Assembly (NCBI GenBank): GCA_035084275.1
Contig: JAYJKW010000106.1
Coordinates: 806,001 to 870,000 of the forward strand
Reading direction: 5' to 3'
Source of the DNA: Hydrolagus colliei
Lineage: Eukaryota
Length of the DNA stretch: 64,000 bases
The notes under the pieces were generated by a model. It saw only the letters and a program-made list of their open reading frames with translations. It did no database searches and was not told the DNA's origin. Shown here one piece after another: positions 36,911 to 50,830 of the stretch. How positions within the stretch are numbered: the stretch's first letter is position 1; every line of letters starts with the position of its first letter. A program made the position numbers and the translations under genes.

Positions 36911-38249
36911 CCAGGGTGTAGGGAAGGACCTGGACTGGAGGACGCTGAGGGAGAAATTATAATCTGTCTAGTAATCTGTCACTACGGAAACAGGGAGTTT
37001 TCTGTGAAGAATGTGCATGATATGTTGATATGATATGCTGGTGTCTGACCATAGACTGAGCTGATGAAGCAGGTCATAGTTAATGGCTTCACTGACCTCC
37101 CTAATGGGACAGTATTTTGATGCTGAAAGCTAAAATCCAATTAATCATCACATTTAGTTGTTTAAAATGATGTAGTATGAAATTCCACCATAAATATTTC
37201 CATTATTATTCGCTAACCTCCTGTGTGCTCCTGTGTGGAAGTAGAAATGTAGGCTTATGACTGATAGTACAAATATGCAGAGTGACCCCATCATCACCTT
37301 CCACAACATCGTCTTCAACAAGAATTACATCACTCTCCCAGTGCTAGTGATCGAATGAAATCAATTTATCCTCATAACATTTGCTCTTGTGTAGAAAGTA
37401 ATATAATATGTAGATACAGCATAATGTACTGCCATTAACGATGATGTTTGGATTGAAGCATAACCACATTTTTATTGTATTGTGGATACACAGACAGCTC
37501 CAAGAGTCAGTGTGAGGCCAAGGTGGGAGGAACGAAGGGAGCCAGTATGAGGACAAGGTGGGAGGGGCGGAGGGAGGGAGGGAGGGAGGGGAAGGGGTTG
37601 CAGGATGAGTTTACAGAACATCAACAATTTGAACAAACAACATAAAACAATGGTGGTTGCAGTAGTGAGGATTAACAAGGGTATTTCGTCATCGTTGGCC
37701 ATGAACTCCCTCAACAACCACATCTTCGAGTGGTTCCCCTGCGGATAGTGCGAAGACTTTTGCATGGGCTGGTCACCAGCTAGTCACTGGTTACTGGACT
37801 ATTGTTGGTCGTTATTGTTTTTGTTATTTATTTCTGTTTATAGTTCTTGTTTGATACCCCCACACCCCACCCCCTGCTCCTTGTCCTCCCCCACGATTCC
37901 ATTTCTCCCCCTTTCTCTCCCCCCTTTACCCCTCCCATCCCTCTTCTCCTTTCTCCCCATTCTCCCTGATTTTAAGCCCTCACCACCTTTCCCCTTAACC
38001 ACCTTTTCCCCCTTTTCCCTTCCTGATTTTACCTCACCCTCGCCTCCCTCTACCCCATTATCCTCTTTTTCGCCTTTCTCGCCTGGCCCCACATCCACCA
38101 CTGTCTATGTGGCAGGTATCATGATAACGATGCTGCAAAGCAATGCTTACCAAAGAACAACAACATTATATTTCTATAGTGCAATTTACACCAGGAGAAC
38201 ATCCATTCCTGTGGAAAGTGAGGGAATAATTCAGCTACTTTGAATGGAA

Positions 38250-38950
38250 TTGGAATAGACATATCAGAAAGTCATCCGTTTTGATTTAAAACGGAAAAGT
38301 CCAGTAGCATATGCAGATAGGACAGATTAACTATCAGAACATCATCATTATTGTTATCACAACATCAGCATTTCCTTGGAGAACGTAGGCCAATGTCCAC
38401 TTAATTGACCTTCATCAACTTCGAACTCGCAAGATATGTGATGTTCCAAATTATGCACTCCAAATATCTCGAGATACCGTCTTTTATTTAGCAGAAATGT
38501 ACGTAAGCTTTTCTTGCAACAAACTATGCTATGTCTTTCCACAGTCTTTGTAAGCAGTTTATTCCACAATAATACTACACACTGCATTTAGTAGTGTATG
38601 AATGTTTCAATAAAATGCAGCATTCTCAAATTAATGTTGACTTTTTCCATGTTCTAACCTTCCGTGTTGACCCAACTCTTTTATGAAATTTTGGTTTTCC
38701 TCCACATTTTGTTGTATCTAGCTAGTTCCTTACGAAAGTATCTTTGTGATCTTGATGTCAACTTTGCCACGCTGGTATTGACAGTCTCACTTTAATTTGG
38801 AGGATACGAAGCAGCATGCACATGAAATTTGTGTCCCACATTTAAGATGGAAGTTGATTCTATTGAATGATCCCATGATATACCTCTTAAAGTCTGTCAC
38901 GCATTTCCTTGAGAAGTACTGTTCATGAACTCAGTCGGCTAAGCTAGCTA
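38250..38950 (-). mobile_element. old RTE-clade LINE remnant
   Basis: Degenerate minus-strand translation (VERHSIVCCKKSLR...EGQLSGHW) resembles the RTE RT C-terminus. Confidence 0.4.
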
Positions 38951-39284
38951 CCCACCTGTGATCTCGCTAGAAGTTCCCCTTTGCCACCATTTACCCTCTC
39001 AGGGCTCAACCACCCAACTCGACTGTCCAATGGCCAGTTTGTGAGTCTCCTCATTGGAAGAGCAGAGGAGGGGGTCTGCCTCCTTGTCAAGCCATTGCTG
39101 ATGTCTGGAAGATGTGATCAGGCGCTGTGTGAAATCCAAGGATTGTTATTCCAGTATTGTTATTATCATCATTACAATAGTTTCAAGGCTCTGGACAGAG
39201 CAGTATGTGTGGGTAAACAGGGCGATGACAGAGAGAACCATTGTATTGTTTCAAGCGCTCTGAGACTTTACCCCACATCGAGTT

Positions 39285-39600
39285 TTTGTAGCTCAGTGGT
39301 TAGACCACTTGCCTTACAAGCATGAGACCTATGTTCAAATCCAGGTTGATCAGTTTGAAACCTTGGGCAAGTTTCCTTAGTCCCCACGGACACACACACA
39401 CTCGCCTAATAATACTCCATCCAAAAAAAACACACACAAAAAAATTGGTCATTTCATCCCATGACTGTTTGTGGGACACTGCTGTGTGCAATTGGCGTTT
39501 CACCCAACAAATATACAGTCAATTCACTTTACACAATATTGTGTGAAGCGCTTTGAGACATTGATAAGATGTGAAAGACGTAAGGATGATTGTTATATTG
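39285..39600 (+). mobile_element. full-length tRNA-headed SINE
   Basis: TGTAGCTCAGTGGTTAGA, TGTTCAAATCC, Deu-like core and L2-type tail. Confidence 0.85.
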
Positions 39601-39679
39601 TATTATCATAAATGGCTCTGTGTTTGTTTGGCAGAATGTCACACAATCCAACCCACTTGGCTGATTGCTGAGTGAGCCC

Positions 39680-40375
39680 GGTCCATGCTACTGTTGCTCA
39701 ATGTTAACGATTTGCTCAAGCCAGCGCCTCCGCACATCTGACGCTGCCAGCTTCAACATCCAAGGCTGCACTCTCCACCTCACAAAGCCAATCAGGAACC
39801 TCGGCATCATGTTCAATCGAAAACTTCCCTTCCCCACATCCGCGCCTTGACCGGCACCGCTTATTTCCACCTGCGCAACATTGCCAGGCTCCGCAACTAT
39901 CTCACCCCCCGCGCTGCCGAAACACTCGTGCACGCATACATCACCTCACGGCTGGACCACGGAAACTCTCTCCTCGTCGGCCTCCCCAGCTCCTCCATTC
40001 ACAGGCTGCAGGTCATCCAAAACTCTGCAGCCCGTGTATTATCCCGCACCCTCCTCCGCGACCACATAACCCCCACCCTCGCCCGTCTCCACTGGCTCCC
40101 CATCCTCCAGAGGATCGAGTTCAAGATCCTCGTCCTCACCCACAAGGCCTCAATCCCTCCGTCTCGTTTCTTCCCTTTCCTCTTTCAAGGCCGGTTTGAA
40201 GACTTTCCTCTTCGATCGTGCCTTTTGTTCCACCCCGAACTTTTCTACCTCCCCTTCGTGTTTTACCCTTTCCCAAACACTCCCCGCTCAGCTCGGGTCG
40301 CACACCTCCTGTGCAGCGCCTTGGGACGTCCTCCCGACGTGAAAAGCGCTCTATAAATGAAATTTGTTGTTGTTC
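39680..40375 (+). mobile_element. L2 LINE 3' fragment with internal deletion
   Basis: AYFHLRNIARLR...ITSRLDHGNSLLVGLP...LHWLPILQRIEFKIL; (TTG)n tail; close to the copy at 27915-28590. Confidence 0.92.
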
Positions 40376-41064
40376 ATAGGACAGGCATCCTGTTTTGTTG
40401 GTACAAATTGGAAAGGCAATGAAGCCACTAAAATGTTCAGGTTGGCCACGAAACTCATAAGCATGTTGGTGGTTTATGGTGTGTGTCGGCCACTCTACTC
40501 AAACAAAACGCTTTACAATATGGCCTAAGAAACAGTTCTGCCTCATCATATCAGCCAATACGCCAACCCTCTTCTACTCTCTTTTGCTGTGTGCAAATCA
40601 GCCATTGTAAATATACAGTCAATTTGATTTACAGTATATTCCGTGAAGTGCTTTCAGATGTCTAGAAGACATGAAAAGCAGTATATCAAATGCAAGGATT
40701 ATTGTTTATAGTTCTCCCCAACCGTAACCAATGTTAAATATTCTATGTCTGCACTTTATTCATTCTCAAGTCTACACACGTCCCATTTACGTGTCCTTTA
40801 TCAAATGGCACATGACTTCAATAATACCCTAACCTCTCTTCCATTAGTGCTTTCAGCCATCGGGACCTGACACTGATTAAATTCCTTTTTTGTTCCTACT
40901 AGTTTCCCTCTAATTTGCTCATTTACATAACGCACCTGAACTTTTTCTAACCATACTTCAGTTGAGCTCTCCTTTCACCATCAATCAGCCTCAAGCTCAG
41001 GCAATATGATTTGCTCACAGACGGTACCGAGGGTAATGGGCATACGGTAAACCATAATGTGATC

Positions 41065-41560
41065 ACAACACAAAATACGACAGAAGCTGGAAATCTGAAA
41101 CAAAAACAGAAGTTGCTGGGAACACTCAGCAGGTGAGGCAGCATCCATGGAGAAAGCAAAGTGAACTAACGTTGGAGGTCCATGACCCTTCGTCAGAACT
41201 GGGGAATGTTGGGAGGGAGAGGTATTTAAGCACAGATTAGAGAGGGGTGGCAGGATAAGGAAGAAAAAGGAGACAATAAGACAAAGGTGATACATGTCAA
41301 TAGGTGATACCGGTGTGAAACAAAATGGGATGTGTTCAACCACAACTGGGGTGAAGAGAGTTAGTGGTGAAGAGCAGACAAAACAGCGAGACAGGGGATT
41401 TGTGGAGTGATGATTATAATGGGGGAGTGGGAGCTCTAATGGTCTGAAGTGGCTGAAATCAATGCTGTGGCCAGAGGGCAGCAGGGTCCCCACAGATTGA
41501 CAAGGTACCATTTCTCAAGCTTTCATTGTGGGTCACTGGAATTGTGTAGGGGAACATGGA
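41065..41560 (-). mobile_element. Penelope-like element 3' fragment with degenerate hammerhead motif
   Basis: Minus-strand GTLLPSGHSIDFSHFR resembles the GIY-YIG C-terminus. It is followed by CTGACGAAGGGTCATGGACCTCCAACGTT and the terminal block gatgctgcctcacctgctgagtgttcccagc...cagatttccagc. Confidence 0.75.
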
Positions 41561-41629
41561 GAGATCAGCCTCGAATGTGAGTGTGAGTTGAAATAAAGGG
41601 AGACTGGAAGATAGGGTTTGACCTTGCGC

Positions 41630-42015
41630 ACAGAGACCAATGCGGCCATCAAAAAGGAGAGTTTGGAGTCGGGAATTGAAGATGGAAACACCAGCTTTTC
41701 TCATGTACCCAGTCCGCATGTTCCCCCATCGTATCATTTTGCTCCATTTGCAGTTTCCGTCCCTCGCCTCTTTGAAAGCACATCAACCCTTTGAATGTGC
41801 TTCTGGTCACCATTTCCCCATCCACCTTCCACGGTTCCCTCCCCCCCCACGCCCCTCACCCCTCCCCTCCAGCTCGGGGGTTCAGCTGGCATTTTCGAGC
41901 ACATTCAGTCCTGATGTAAAAAGGGTGTCGTGTCTATGTTGTCGTGCTTTTGAAAGGGAAACACATTGCTTATATGGCCTGCGGACGTCACTTAAATATG
42001 GAATCCAGCCCTCGG
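41630..42015 (-). mobile_element. second copy of the unclassified repeat at 36400-36910
   Basis: Reverse-complement homology, e.g. ctttttacatcagg, ttgatgtgctttcaaagagg, gggtacatgagaaaagctggtgtttcc. Confidence 0.65.
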
Positions 42016-44818
42016 CAAGCGTATCTTTAGAACCCCCCTTCTGACATAGGGTAAAGCTCACTCTGCTCTGTACCACTCGGTCACTCTGTTGTCCAAATTC
42101 ATTGGCCTATATCTAAGTGTATTGTTTGAGGAATAATATATCTGTCCTGCTATATACCCCTCTATACAGTCGCCTCAGGTTATTCTCTTTAATATTAGTC
42201 ATGGTAACATTACAACAACCATAAAATTACATTTGTTTGGCGGATTTCACGTCGGATAATGTCCAATACAGTAAACATCGACAGTACCTTTCCAGTAAGA
42301 TTAAAAGCGTCATAAATACCCAGATTAATATACCTTTCAATTCTTCAACTACTCTCCCTCCACCCTTACCACGCAAATCATTATCCCTCTGCACGCTTCT
42401 CAACACAATTTAATATCCCTGATCCACACTCAACAAAACCCTTTCCCCTGAAATACATATTAATATCCCTACAACCTGTAACCCACCTCTGCCCACATAC
42501 ACATATGCTCCCCTCCAGCAACACTAACCACCATCCCACACCGACAAAAATAGTCCGACTCCGCTGTTAAAAACAAAAAATGTTGATTGATATTAAGCTG
42601 GTAAACTGTGATCTGGTTGGTAAGAAGCCAGTATGCACATCCCAGTCTGCTCGCAATCAACTGGGAGAGGTGCCTTTTGACCTACTGTTTATAGTGAAGT
42701 GATATATGCTACGGTAATGGAATCACACCTAGTGTCAGTGGGACACACTTTCTCTCACATCTCACTGGTGTCCGCATGTGGTTATTTATGTTTCATTCTG
42801 GGTGCAAGTCTGTGTGTGACTGTGCGTGTATGTGCGCTTTTTTGTTCACGTGTGTCTTTGCGTGAGTTTGTGTCAGTGGCTATCCAATTACTCACAAGGC
42901 GCGAGGCAGAAAACCTGCCATATCAAAATTGAGCATTGCTGGTAGGAATATACTTACATTTCACGTAGACTCGACTTCAACCAGCAATGTGTTGCATACC
43001 AAGGGAATGAAAAGTGACATCGTAGCGCTTTGTAAATTAGTTGAAGATAATTTAGTTTCTTGTTAGATGAGTGAGTAAGTAAAGTGAGTAAGGTTTCTGC
43101 ACCTAAGGACATCCTCTCGACGTGACAGGCGCTTTACAATTTAATTTTGTTATTTGTTGTGGTGAATAACAATAGAATGGAGATAGTATACATACCAGCT
43201 GAATATCACAAGTGTTTCCGCAGAGTAAACTTACAGTTATAATATGCCTGATAATTGAACAGAGCTCTGGAAGCCGCTTTCAATCACTGGCAATTAGCAA
43301 TCTCAAGTAAACACTTAACTTTCTTACTTTTTAATTTGCGAGAATACCAAGAAAAGATCGACGTGTTGTTCTTTATTTGCAAACTGAACCCGGGAATTAC
43401 CCTACGTCAACACATAAGTTAGTCGTCTATTTGTCCCTCTACACTAAACTACACTTCTCTCACTCTTTCTTGCTTGTTACCTTTCCAACCTTCTAAAGAA
43501 CATATGACTTTGGCCATTAATTTACTCATTCCAAAAATAAGTTTCTAGGTAAACAAATCTGTGAATTCACCGTTTATTCCGCCTTTGGGCTTGACATTAT
43601 TTTGAGCTTGATGACAACTATCGTTACTAAAAAATAGAACTGAGTATGGTTCAATGATTTTGTCTTCTCTTAGTTTGAAACAATTGCGCATGTATTTCTA
43701 AGGAGCAGAAACGAGTCTGATTACCAATTCTGATTACGTAGTTTTCTGGGGAACACAACATCTTTCAGCACAAATGAATGTTCTGGCTAATTCTCTCCAT
43801 GTTGACTCAATTGTTGGTATTTTGTAACCCTTGGGTTCGAATGGCAAGGACTCGAAAAAAAACCAATGTAGTTTAGTAAAATATATTGATTAGAATGATA
43901 ATATGTGTATAGCAAACAGTTGATCAATTTATTTCGTACAAGATCAGAAACAGAAAACAGACAATAAAAAATTAAAATATAGCGTAAGATTAATCCCACT
44001 CTAACAGTAGCATAGCAAAATAATACTCGGTTTACACAGCACAGGGAAACAGAGATTCTTTCTGCGTTAGTCAGAGCAAAGTGCTCGTTCAACCTGTCCC
44101 TGTGGTTCCCTAAGCGTTTCTCGAAGCGATTCTAGAGGTCTACGTATCCGAGTATGTCACCTATATTGGTATGAATCTTGTTCTGTCTATTCTGGTGGTT
44201 GTTTTGAAACCAAGTAGAGCATGTAGCTTCAGTGCTATCTGTCTTTGCAGTTACCAGTAGTTGTAAGGGTGATGTGAAAAGTACATGTCTCTTTCCGAGA
44301 AGAGAACCCAATGGTCGTCTGTGTCTCTGTGGTCCAAGATTCGGTTTTGACCACGTTTAAATGATGATTTGTGTTACCGCAAAATTCTGTTCTCTCTCTT
44401 TGGTTTTGTAACTCTGGATTAACACTTCATGTTCCAAAACATCACCTCAACAAATGTCGAAGATTATCCACGTCTGCCACGATGCTATGCACGGACGCAT
44501 TCCAAGGCCGGTTCATTTCTCTGAGGTTTGGTTTCCAAAGCGTAACCAAACTCCACAAGCTGTCTGAGCTGCGATTCGCAAGTCCCCGAAAAATACGTCC
44601 TCACACTTTCACTCCCTCCAAAAGGTACAGTCAACTCCTTTTTCGCAGCCTTTGTGAAATATTTTGATTTTTACGATGAACATGTCAATGTGTAACGTTA
44701 TCTGAAAGCAATATTCTTATTCAATGGTTTTAAACAAAAGCCAACATCTAGTTTGTCTTGGTAAGCAGTGCATCGTTGTCCGTGTTCTACTAGTTATTCC
44801 CAGAGATACATGTGTTCC

Positions 44819-47800
44819 TTAGTTAACCAATTTCAGGATCAGTCTGAATGGATATTTCACCAGATGTTTCACTTCCGCTCTGAAGTTGGATTGTGTGACT
44901 GCATAAATGACGGTATTTGTGCAGCAACTTGAAAGCTTAAGCATGGCTGCCACTTCCACGAACACAATGAATGTGTTTTCATTGTCGAAAATATTCGCTG
45001 AAATTCGGTAAAGTATGAATTCGATAACGTACATCAGCCACAACATTATGAAGCTTCCCGATATGGTGAAGAGCAAAACGATGGATTTCTTACGATTTTG
45101 CATTTCTGCGTCATTGCAATTGTTACTTTTCTGGCTCAGTAGGTTTCTGCGGATTCTGATGGCCGCTAAAATGTGTCCAACGGTCACCACGTTCATCAGC
45201 AAAATCAGAAAGAATGGAGCGAATGGGGTTGTTATTATGTCAAACCATTGAAACACAATCCATCCCAGAGAGGTGTAGAAAGCTGGTTTGTTACCGCAAT
45301 ATGCAGGCCCGTTGTCCCATATAACCCAAGGCTCAAATTTGAAGTACCAGGGAACGCTGATGAAACAGCTCAGGGCAGAGATCACTCCTATAACCACGGC
45401 TGCTGTTCTCGCAGTGCAATAAATTGTTTTCAATTTCGGACAACATATAGCTACTAGGCGGTCAAAGGTGAAAGCCACTGTGAACCAGACTGAAAGGTGT
45501 GTCACGGCTGACATCAACACAAATCTGAGTGCACACACGGGAATGGTGTCCAGAAATATGATACTGCAACAAGCAAAATAGATCTGGTTGAATATCACAT
45601 CGCTGATGGTGACCAGAAGATCACCCAATGCCATGGACACCAGGTAGCGTGTGGTACATTTAGAGAGACCACACCTTCCACGGGACAGGACCACAATGGC
45701 CAAAATGTTCGCTGGAAGACAATGAAGAACAAGCACACAAATGGACTATTGAGTTGCGTAAGTTAGATTATAATAAAAATAAATAAACTTTGCGTTTGAT
45801 GTAACGCTTTTCACATCTACGAGAGGTCTCAGAGGAATTCACGGAATGTACAGTTGAGTTAGTTGGCTACATATATGTGAACGAAAATATTGTGGTTGTT
45901 TTTGGACAGATTCATATTAGGCGTGGGGAGCAAATTTGCTCTGGGTTTTGCACTTGACCTGCCAGGATTCGAACACAGGTCTCACGAATGTCTGTCTCGT
46001 GCTCCCATCACTGAGATACATCACTCCATATAGTTAATGGCATTTTTGCTCAAACAGCAGTTTCTGTTGGGAAGGTGAGTCTGGCAATTTTCATAGATCA
46101 GGCTTCTGAGTCACTGGATTCAAGCGGACACATGCCAGGAGATCGACGCACACACTAAGCTGATGTAAGTTGCAGCGCTGCAGATACAATCAACTTAAAG
46201 CAAGGCAATTCAGAGTGAGATGATCAGGAGCTGGATGAGCGCAAATTTCTGGATGCTAAATGATGACAAGACAGAGGCCATACTCTTTAGCTCTGGACAA
46301 CGTTTTCATTCGTATAGTTCTCACATTCTCCACCTTCCTGGTCTGCACCTAAAACACTCCGAAATTGCCATGCAAACTTGGGGTCAGGTTCGACCCCCAA
46401 CTCTCCTTCCTCCTCCACATCTGGTCCCTCACCATCACCGCTTTCTGCCACCTCCGACGGATCGCCCGCCTCCTGAAATACCTCACCTCAAAAGCCGCTG
46501 AAAACTTAATCCATGGCTTTGTCACCTCTCGGCTGCAATATTACAACTCCCTTCTCGCCGGTCTCCCCGCCATCACAAACCACAAAATCCAGCTCATTCA
46601 AAACTGCCGCCCGCATACTCGCCCGTACCAAACTTCTCTCCCCCATCACCCCAGTCTTGCAGACTTCACGGGCTCACCATCCGAAGAGGATAGACTTCAA
46701 GATCCTCACACTTGTTTTCACGTTCCTCCACTCCTCTGCACCCCCTGCCTCTCTGATCTCCTCTCCCCCAAAACCAGCACGCGCTGCCTTCGCTCCGCCA
46801 GATCTGGCGTCCTCTATTTCCCAAAATCGTCCGCTCCACCCTCGGCGGCCATGTCTTCAGCCACTACGACCCGAGGCTCTGGAATTTCCTTCTTCACTCC
46901 CTTCGCATTGCAACTCTCTTCTCAGGTTTACGTCACAGTTTAAGATCTTTTTCTTCGACCGCTCCTTTGTTCTCCTTTCTGCCCCTGCCCCTGGCTCGGT
47001 CCTGGGATCCCCTACTGTGAAGCGCTCTGAGACGCCGCCTGGCGTGGAGGGCGCTATATAAGTCGAAGTTGTTGTTGTTCATTACGGAGTTCGGAAGGCG
47101 TGCAGGAGATCATATTGGTAAATTTTGGTTTGTTCAGACATGGCCAGTAATTTGAAGTCTATCTCTGGATATTTAAGATGATGCTGCAATATTCCACAGA
47201 ATTATTGTGAAAAGATTCAAAATACTTTAACCTTGTTCCTTTTCTGAATGCTACCATTTTGATAGAGCGAAACTGCATAACATATATCCAATCGAATTAG
47301 CGGACATAAATGACGAAATAAAGTTTGGGATTTTCATGGCTTGATTTTTAAAAAATGTTGTCAAACAACTCATCTACAACACGGACAATCAGTATTCAAA
47401 TAATCGTGATTATCCAGTGTTTTCTGATTGGAATCCACAGCTCAAAGGCGTTACTGCATTCCTCAAGAAGCTTGAATCTAACTTTTCATGGAACATAGCG
47501 ATTTCAATATCCTCAAACTCAACTTCAAATCATTCCCTGCCCCGGTAGCTGTCTACCCCTCAACCTGCTCACAACTCTGGTCCTTCCAGCCATCCAGCCA
47601 AGTTGACGAGTTGACGCTCGTCAACTTGAGCCTCAACGCATCCACGATACATTCTTTAGAACCGTTTAGAAATCGGACATTAAATTATTGCTTTTTGACA
47701 GTGACCACGGTCGCTCTGATTCATCTACTCATCACTAACATGTTTGACTGCCTGATTCAGAAGTCATATCTCGCCTCTGATTCAAAAGGTTGTGGGCTCG

Positions 47801-49092
47801 ATTCTCACATTGCGACTCGGAAACAGATGGTCTGCCACATCGCTCCAGGGAAGGGGTGATGAGCTGCTTTGTTTTAGACATCACGCTGCCCAACAGGTGA
47901 AAGGGTAAACCCAACCCCCTTCTGTCCGTTCAAGTGGACGTTAGTGATCCCACGGATATATTCCAAATTAGAAAAATGTTTCTACCGCCACCTGTTGGTC
48001 ATTGTTTGTTCGCAACCGATCACAGCATTTCGCCCACAGCATATGCAGTCACTATCCTTCACAGTGGATACTGTGAAGAAGCAGTTCATTTGAAAATGGG
48101 GTTCGTACCTTCAGTGTCACACAGTACAGACACAGTGTAGAAAGCAATATGAATTTGACTTTATAAAGCGCCGTTATGTGGGGTAGCATCCTGGATTGCT
48201 TAAGAGTGGCAGAGTCTGACAACCAACCAAAGAATATGGCGAGGATGGGAACTGCAATCTAAAATGAATACCGTAGTCCAGCCGAGGAGTGACAAAGACA
48301 TGGAATAGTACCTAGGTTGCTGTTAGGTGTGCATGGAGGCAGGCGATGGGGTGGAGGTGGAAAGAAATGGGCTTGTCATTCCAACGGATGTGTGGCAGAA
48401 GTAAAGTTGTGCTTTGTCCTGACTCTGAAGTCGAACGCTTCAAACCTACAGTAACGGAGACATTGACGAGAGCCTTATTCTCCTCTAGCTGCATATCGAT
48501 GTTCATCTACTGGAAATTATTTCTCACAAGAGGTATGATACCTATCAAAAAAACTACAGGACACCAAACCCTGGGAGCTGCAGCTGGAGTTAGTGAAGTA
48601 GATTGGTTTTCTATTTGATACACGTCAAACAACGAGATAAAAATACAAATGGTACCTGTAACTCAGTGGTTAGAGCCCTCGCCTTACATGCATGAGACCC
48701 GTGTTAGAATCCAGGCAGATCAGGGCCAAACCTTGGGCAAGTCTCCTTTCTCCACAAACCTAACAATAAACCCTCCCCACAAAAGCACGATAATAAATTT
48801 GGTCATTTCAATCCACGACTGCTTGTGGAAACGCTGCTGTGCGGAATTCGCTGCCGCGTTTCACCCACAAATCTACAGTCAATTACTTTGCAATATATTC
48901 TGTGAAGCACTTTGAGATGTCGATAAAATGTGAAAAGCGCTATATCGAATGCGAGGATTCTTGTTATGGATTATTATTCTAAACTGTCTGTGATTAATTA
49001 CCTGAAATGCCTAAAGTTGCAAGAATGGGATAATAAACTAATTCGGCCTGAAAAAATATTTTAGCTGCAGAATAGTCGAAAATCCTCAACAT
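44819..49092 (-). CDS. GPR139/GPR142-like class A GPCR, gene 3 (2 exons, 327 aa)
   Basis: Exon 1 49092-49002 (MLRIFDYSAAKIFFQAELVYYPILATLGIS+G) with donor GTAATT. Exon 2 45711-44819 follows cttccAG (ANILAIVVLSRG...). FDRL and NTVIY motifs. Confidence 0.9.
46200..47080 (+). mobile_element. L2 LINE 3' fragment in the intron of GPCR gene 3
   Basis: IRSWMSANFWMLNDDKTEAILF...FVTSRLQYYNSLLAGLP; (TTG)n tail near 47070. Confidence 0.9.
47770..48080 (+). mobile_element. old Deu-domain SINE (SacSINE1/AmnSINE1-like)
   Basis: Degenerate tRNA head (ctcgcctctgattcaaaaggttgtgggctcgattctcac) and a Deu-like motif caagtggacgttagtgatcccacggatatattc. Confidence 0.5.
48650..48965 (+). mobile_element. full-length tRNA-headed SINE
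   Basis: TGTAACTCAGTGGTTAGAGC head, core and tail colinear with 12055-12378. Confidence 0.85.
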
Positions 49093-49160
49093 TGTCTCTG
49101 AACAATGTAGTGATTATCAGTCCTGCAAACTGCACTTCAGACTGACACCAAATCTGCCAC

Positions 49161-49168
49161 TATTTATA
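49161..49168 (-). promoter_or_regulatory. TATA box of GPCR gene 3
   Basis: Minus-strand TATAAATA about 70 nt upstream of the ATG at 49092. Confidence 0.55.
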
Positions 49169-49319
49169 TCCCAGAGAATCCTCCACTGAGATTTAGTTAT
49201 TTTTAGAAATGACAGCAAGTAACACTTGTGTTTGGATTAAGGAACCAACCACTGATGCCATAGGGGAGGCAAGCGAGATCTCATGGGGAATGAGGTAACG
49301 TTAAGCTGACGTGCTCCCC

Positions 49320-49620
49320 AAAATCATCAACAAAATTAAACTTGCATAGCGACTTTCAAGACAGGTAGACGTCCCAAGGCGCTGGACAGTCACTGCTTCA
49401 GACCCGAGCTGGGGACGGGGGGCAGCGAGATGGGGGTTTAGGAGTTGTCGATGGGACCATCAAAGGGGAGTTTTGAATCGCGAGTTGATGGATGGCAGGG
49501 CGCAGGCGAGGGAGATGGACTGTGGGTTGGTATTACAGAGGTTGGGGGCATAGTGGCAAAATGCTCGTCCATCAATGGTGGGGCAGGTGGGTCAGGGGAC
49601 ATGGATCAGGCGTGGGGTTA
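49320..49620 (-). mobile_element. L2 LINE 3' end
   Basis: Reverse complement of the L2 tail (cagcgccttgggacgtc...gaaagtcgctatgcaag). Confidence 0.7.
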
Positions 49621-50149
49621 GTATTTGGAGGAGTTAGTTGCTGAGTGAAGATTACAATTAGTCCTCAGCAACTGTGATTGTAAGCGTTTAGCAATGTCGG
49701 TTGGCGACAATTGTCATGAATGAGGACTGTTTTCAGTGACAGAGACATCTGGTTTGGAGATTACGACATCAGCATTCATTTGGACTTTCCGTTGTAGCTT
49801 GTTCCTAGATCTCCTCATAGACGTGTTCTTACTCAGTGAGTGTGAAACCACCATTGGTCAGATAAGCTACAAGCAGGCGGGGGAAGCCCTGAAGAATTGT
49901 CAGAGTAACATAAAGTTGCAGAATGATCAATCTTACATTTCTCGTAATGCTTTAATGCTAATGCCACATGTTAAATGTGTGGGAGTTTCCGATGTGGCAA
50001 TACGTAGCCGGGCTCACTTTGAAGCTTGTACATAATAACCATACGTCCAAAAAGAAGACGACAATACAAATAGGCTATTTTGAATCCACGGCTGTTTGGG
50101 GGACACTGCTGCCCGACTCGGCTGCCGCTTTTCGCCCTCAAATTCGTCC

Positions 50150-50830
50150 AAAAGTGTAGTGACGATAATTGAACACATTTCTCTAGGTGAGGCCTAACTA
50201 AATGTTTATAGCGGTTAGTCAGAACTTCCTGAATTTTGTACTCTATGCCCCTAGTTACAAAGATTAGTATGATAGCTTTGACTGCCCTTTCTGTCACCTT
50301 CAAAGAATCATTCACACAAACTCCCAGGCCGCTCTATTCCTTCACATCCCTTAAAATTGTGCCTATATTGTCTCCCCTAATTTCTCCTCGCAAAATGCAT
50401 CAACTCACATTTCTCCACATGAAACTTCATATGCAGGCATCTGCCCATTTTACCATTCGCTTTATATCTTCTTGCAGATGCCTCCTGTCCTCTTCAATAT
50501 TTACTATTGTTCCTAACTTTCTGTCACCTGCATATTTCGGATTAGTACTAACGATACCTAAAATCAAGATGATAAATATCGATTAAAAAGAGCAGTGGAC
50601 CCAATACCGATCCCTGGGGGACGCCACTGTACACGTACTCCCAGTCAGAAAAGCAACCTTTCACCACAACTCCCTGATTTCTGTCTCCCAGCGAGTTCTG
50701 GATCCATGCTGCCACTGTCCTGTTAACGGCGTGGTCGCCTATTTTCTTGATAAGCCTTTCATATGGCACTTTGTCAAATACCTTTTCAAAATCTGTATAA
50801 ACTACATCAACTACACTACCCGCATCCACC
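50150..50830 (-). mobile_element. CR1 LINE RT fragment
   Basis: VDVVYTDFEKVFDKVPYERL...SGVPQGSVLGPLLFLI, then GIEYKIQEVLTNRYKHLVRPHLEKCVQ. Confidence 0.92.

Noticed and set aside
37540-38090. G/A-rich then T/C-rich mirror composition suggesting a hairpin element
   Set aside because: The symmetry is only compositional; I could not align convincing terminal inverted repeats.
49170-49292. EBF/Olf-1-like sites upstream of the receptors (TCTCATGGGG; also TTTCCAGGGA near 58452)
   Set aside because: Each has two mismatches to TCCCNNGGGA and they are not positionally shared among the genes, so they are too weak to support an olfactory promoter claim.
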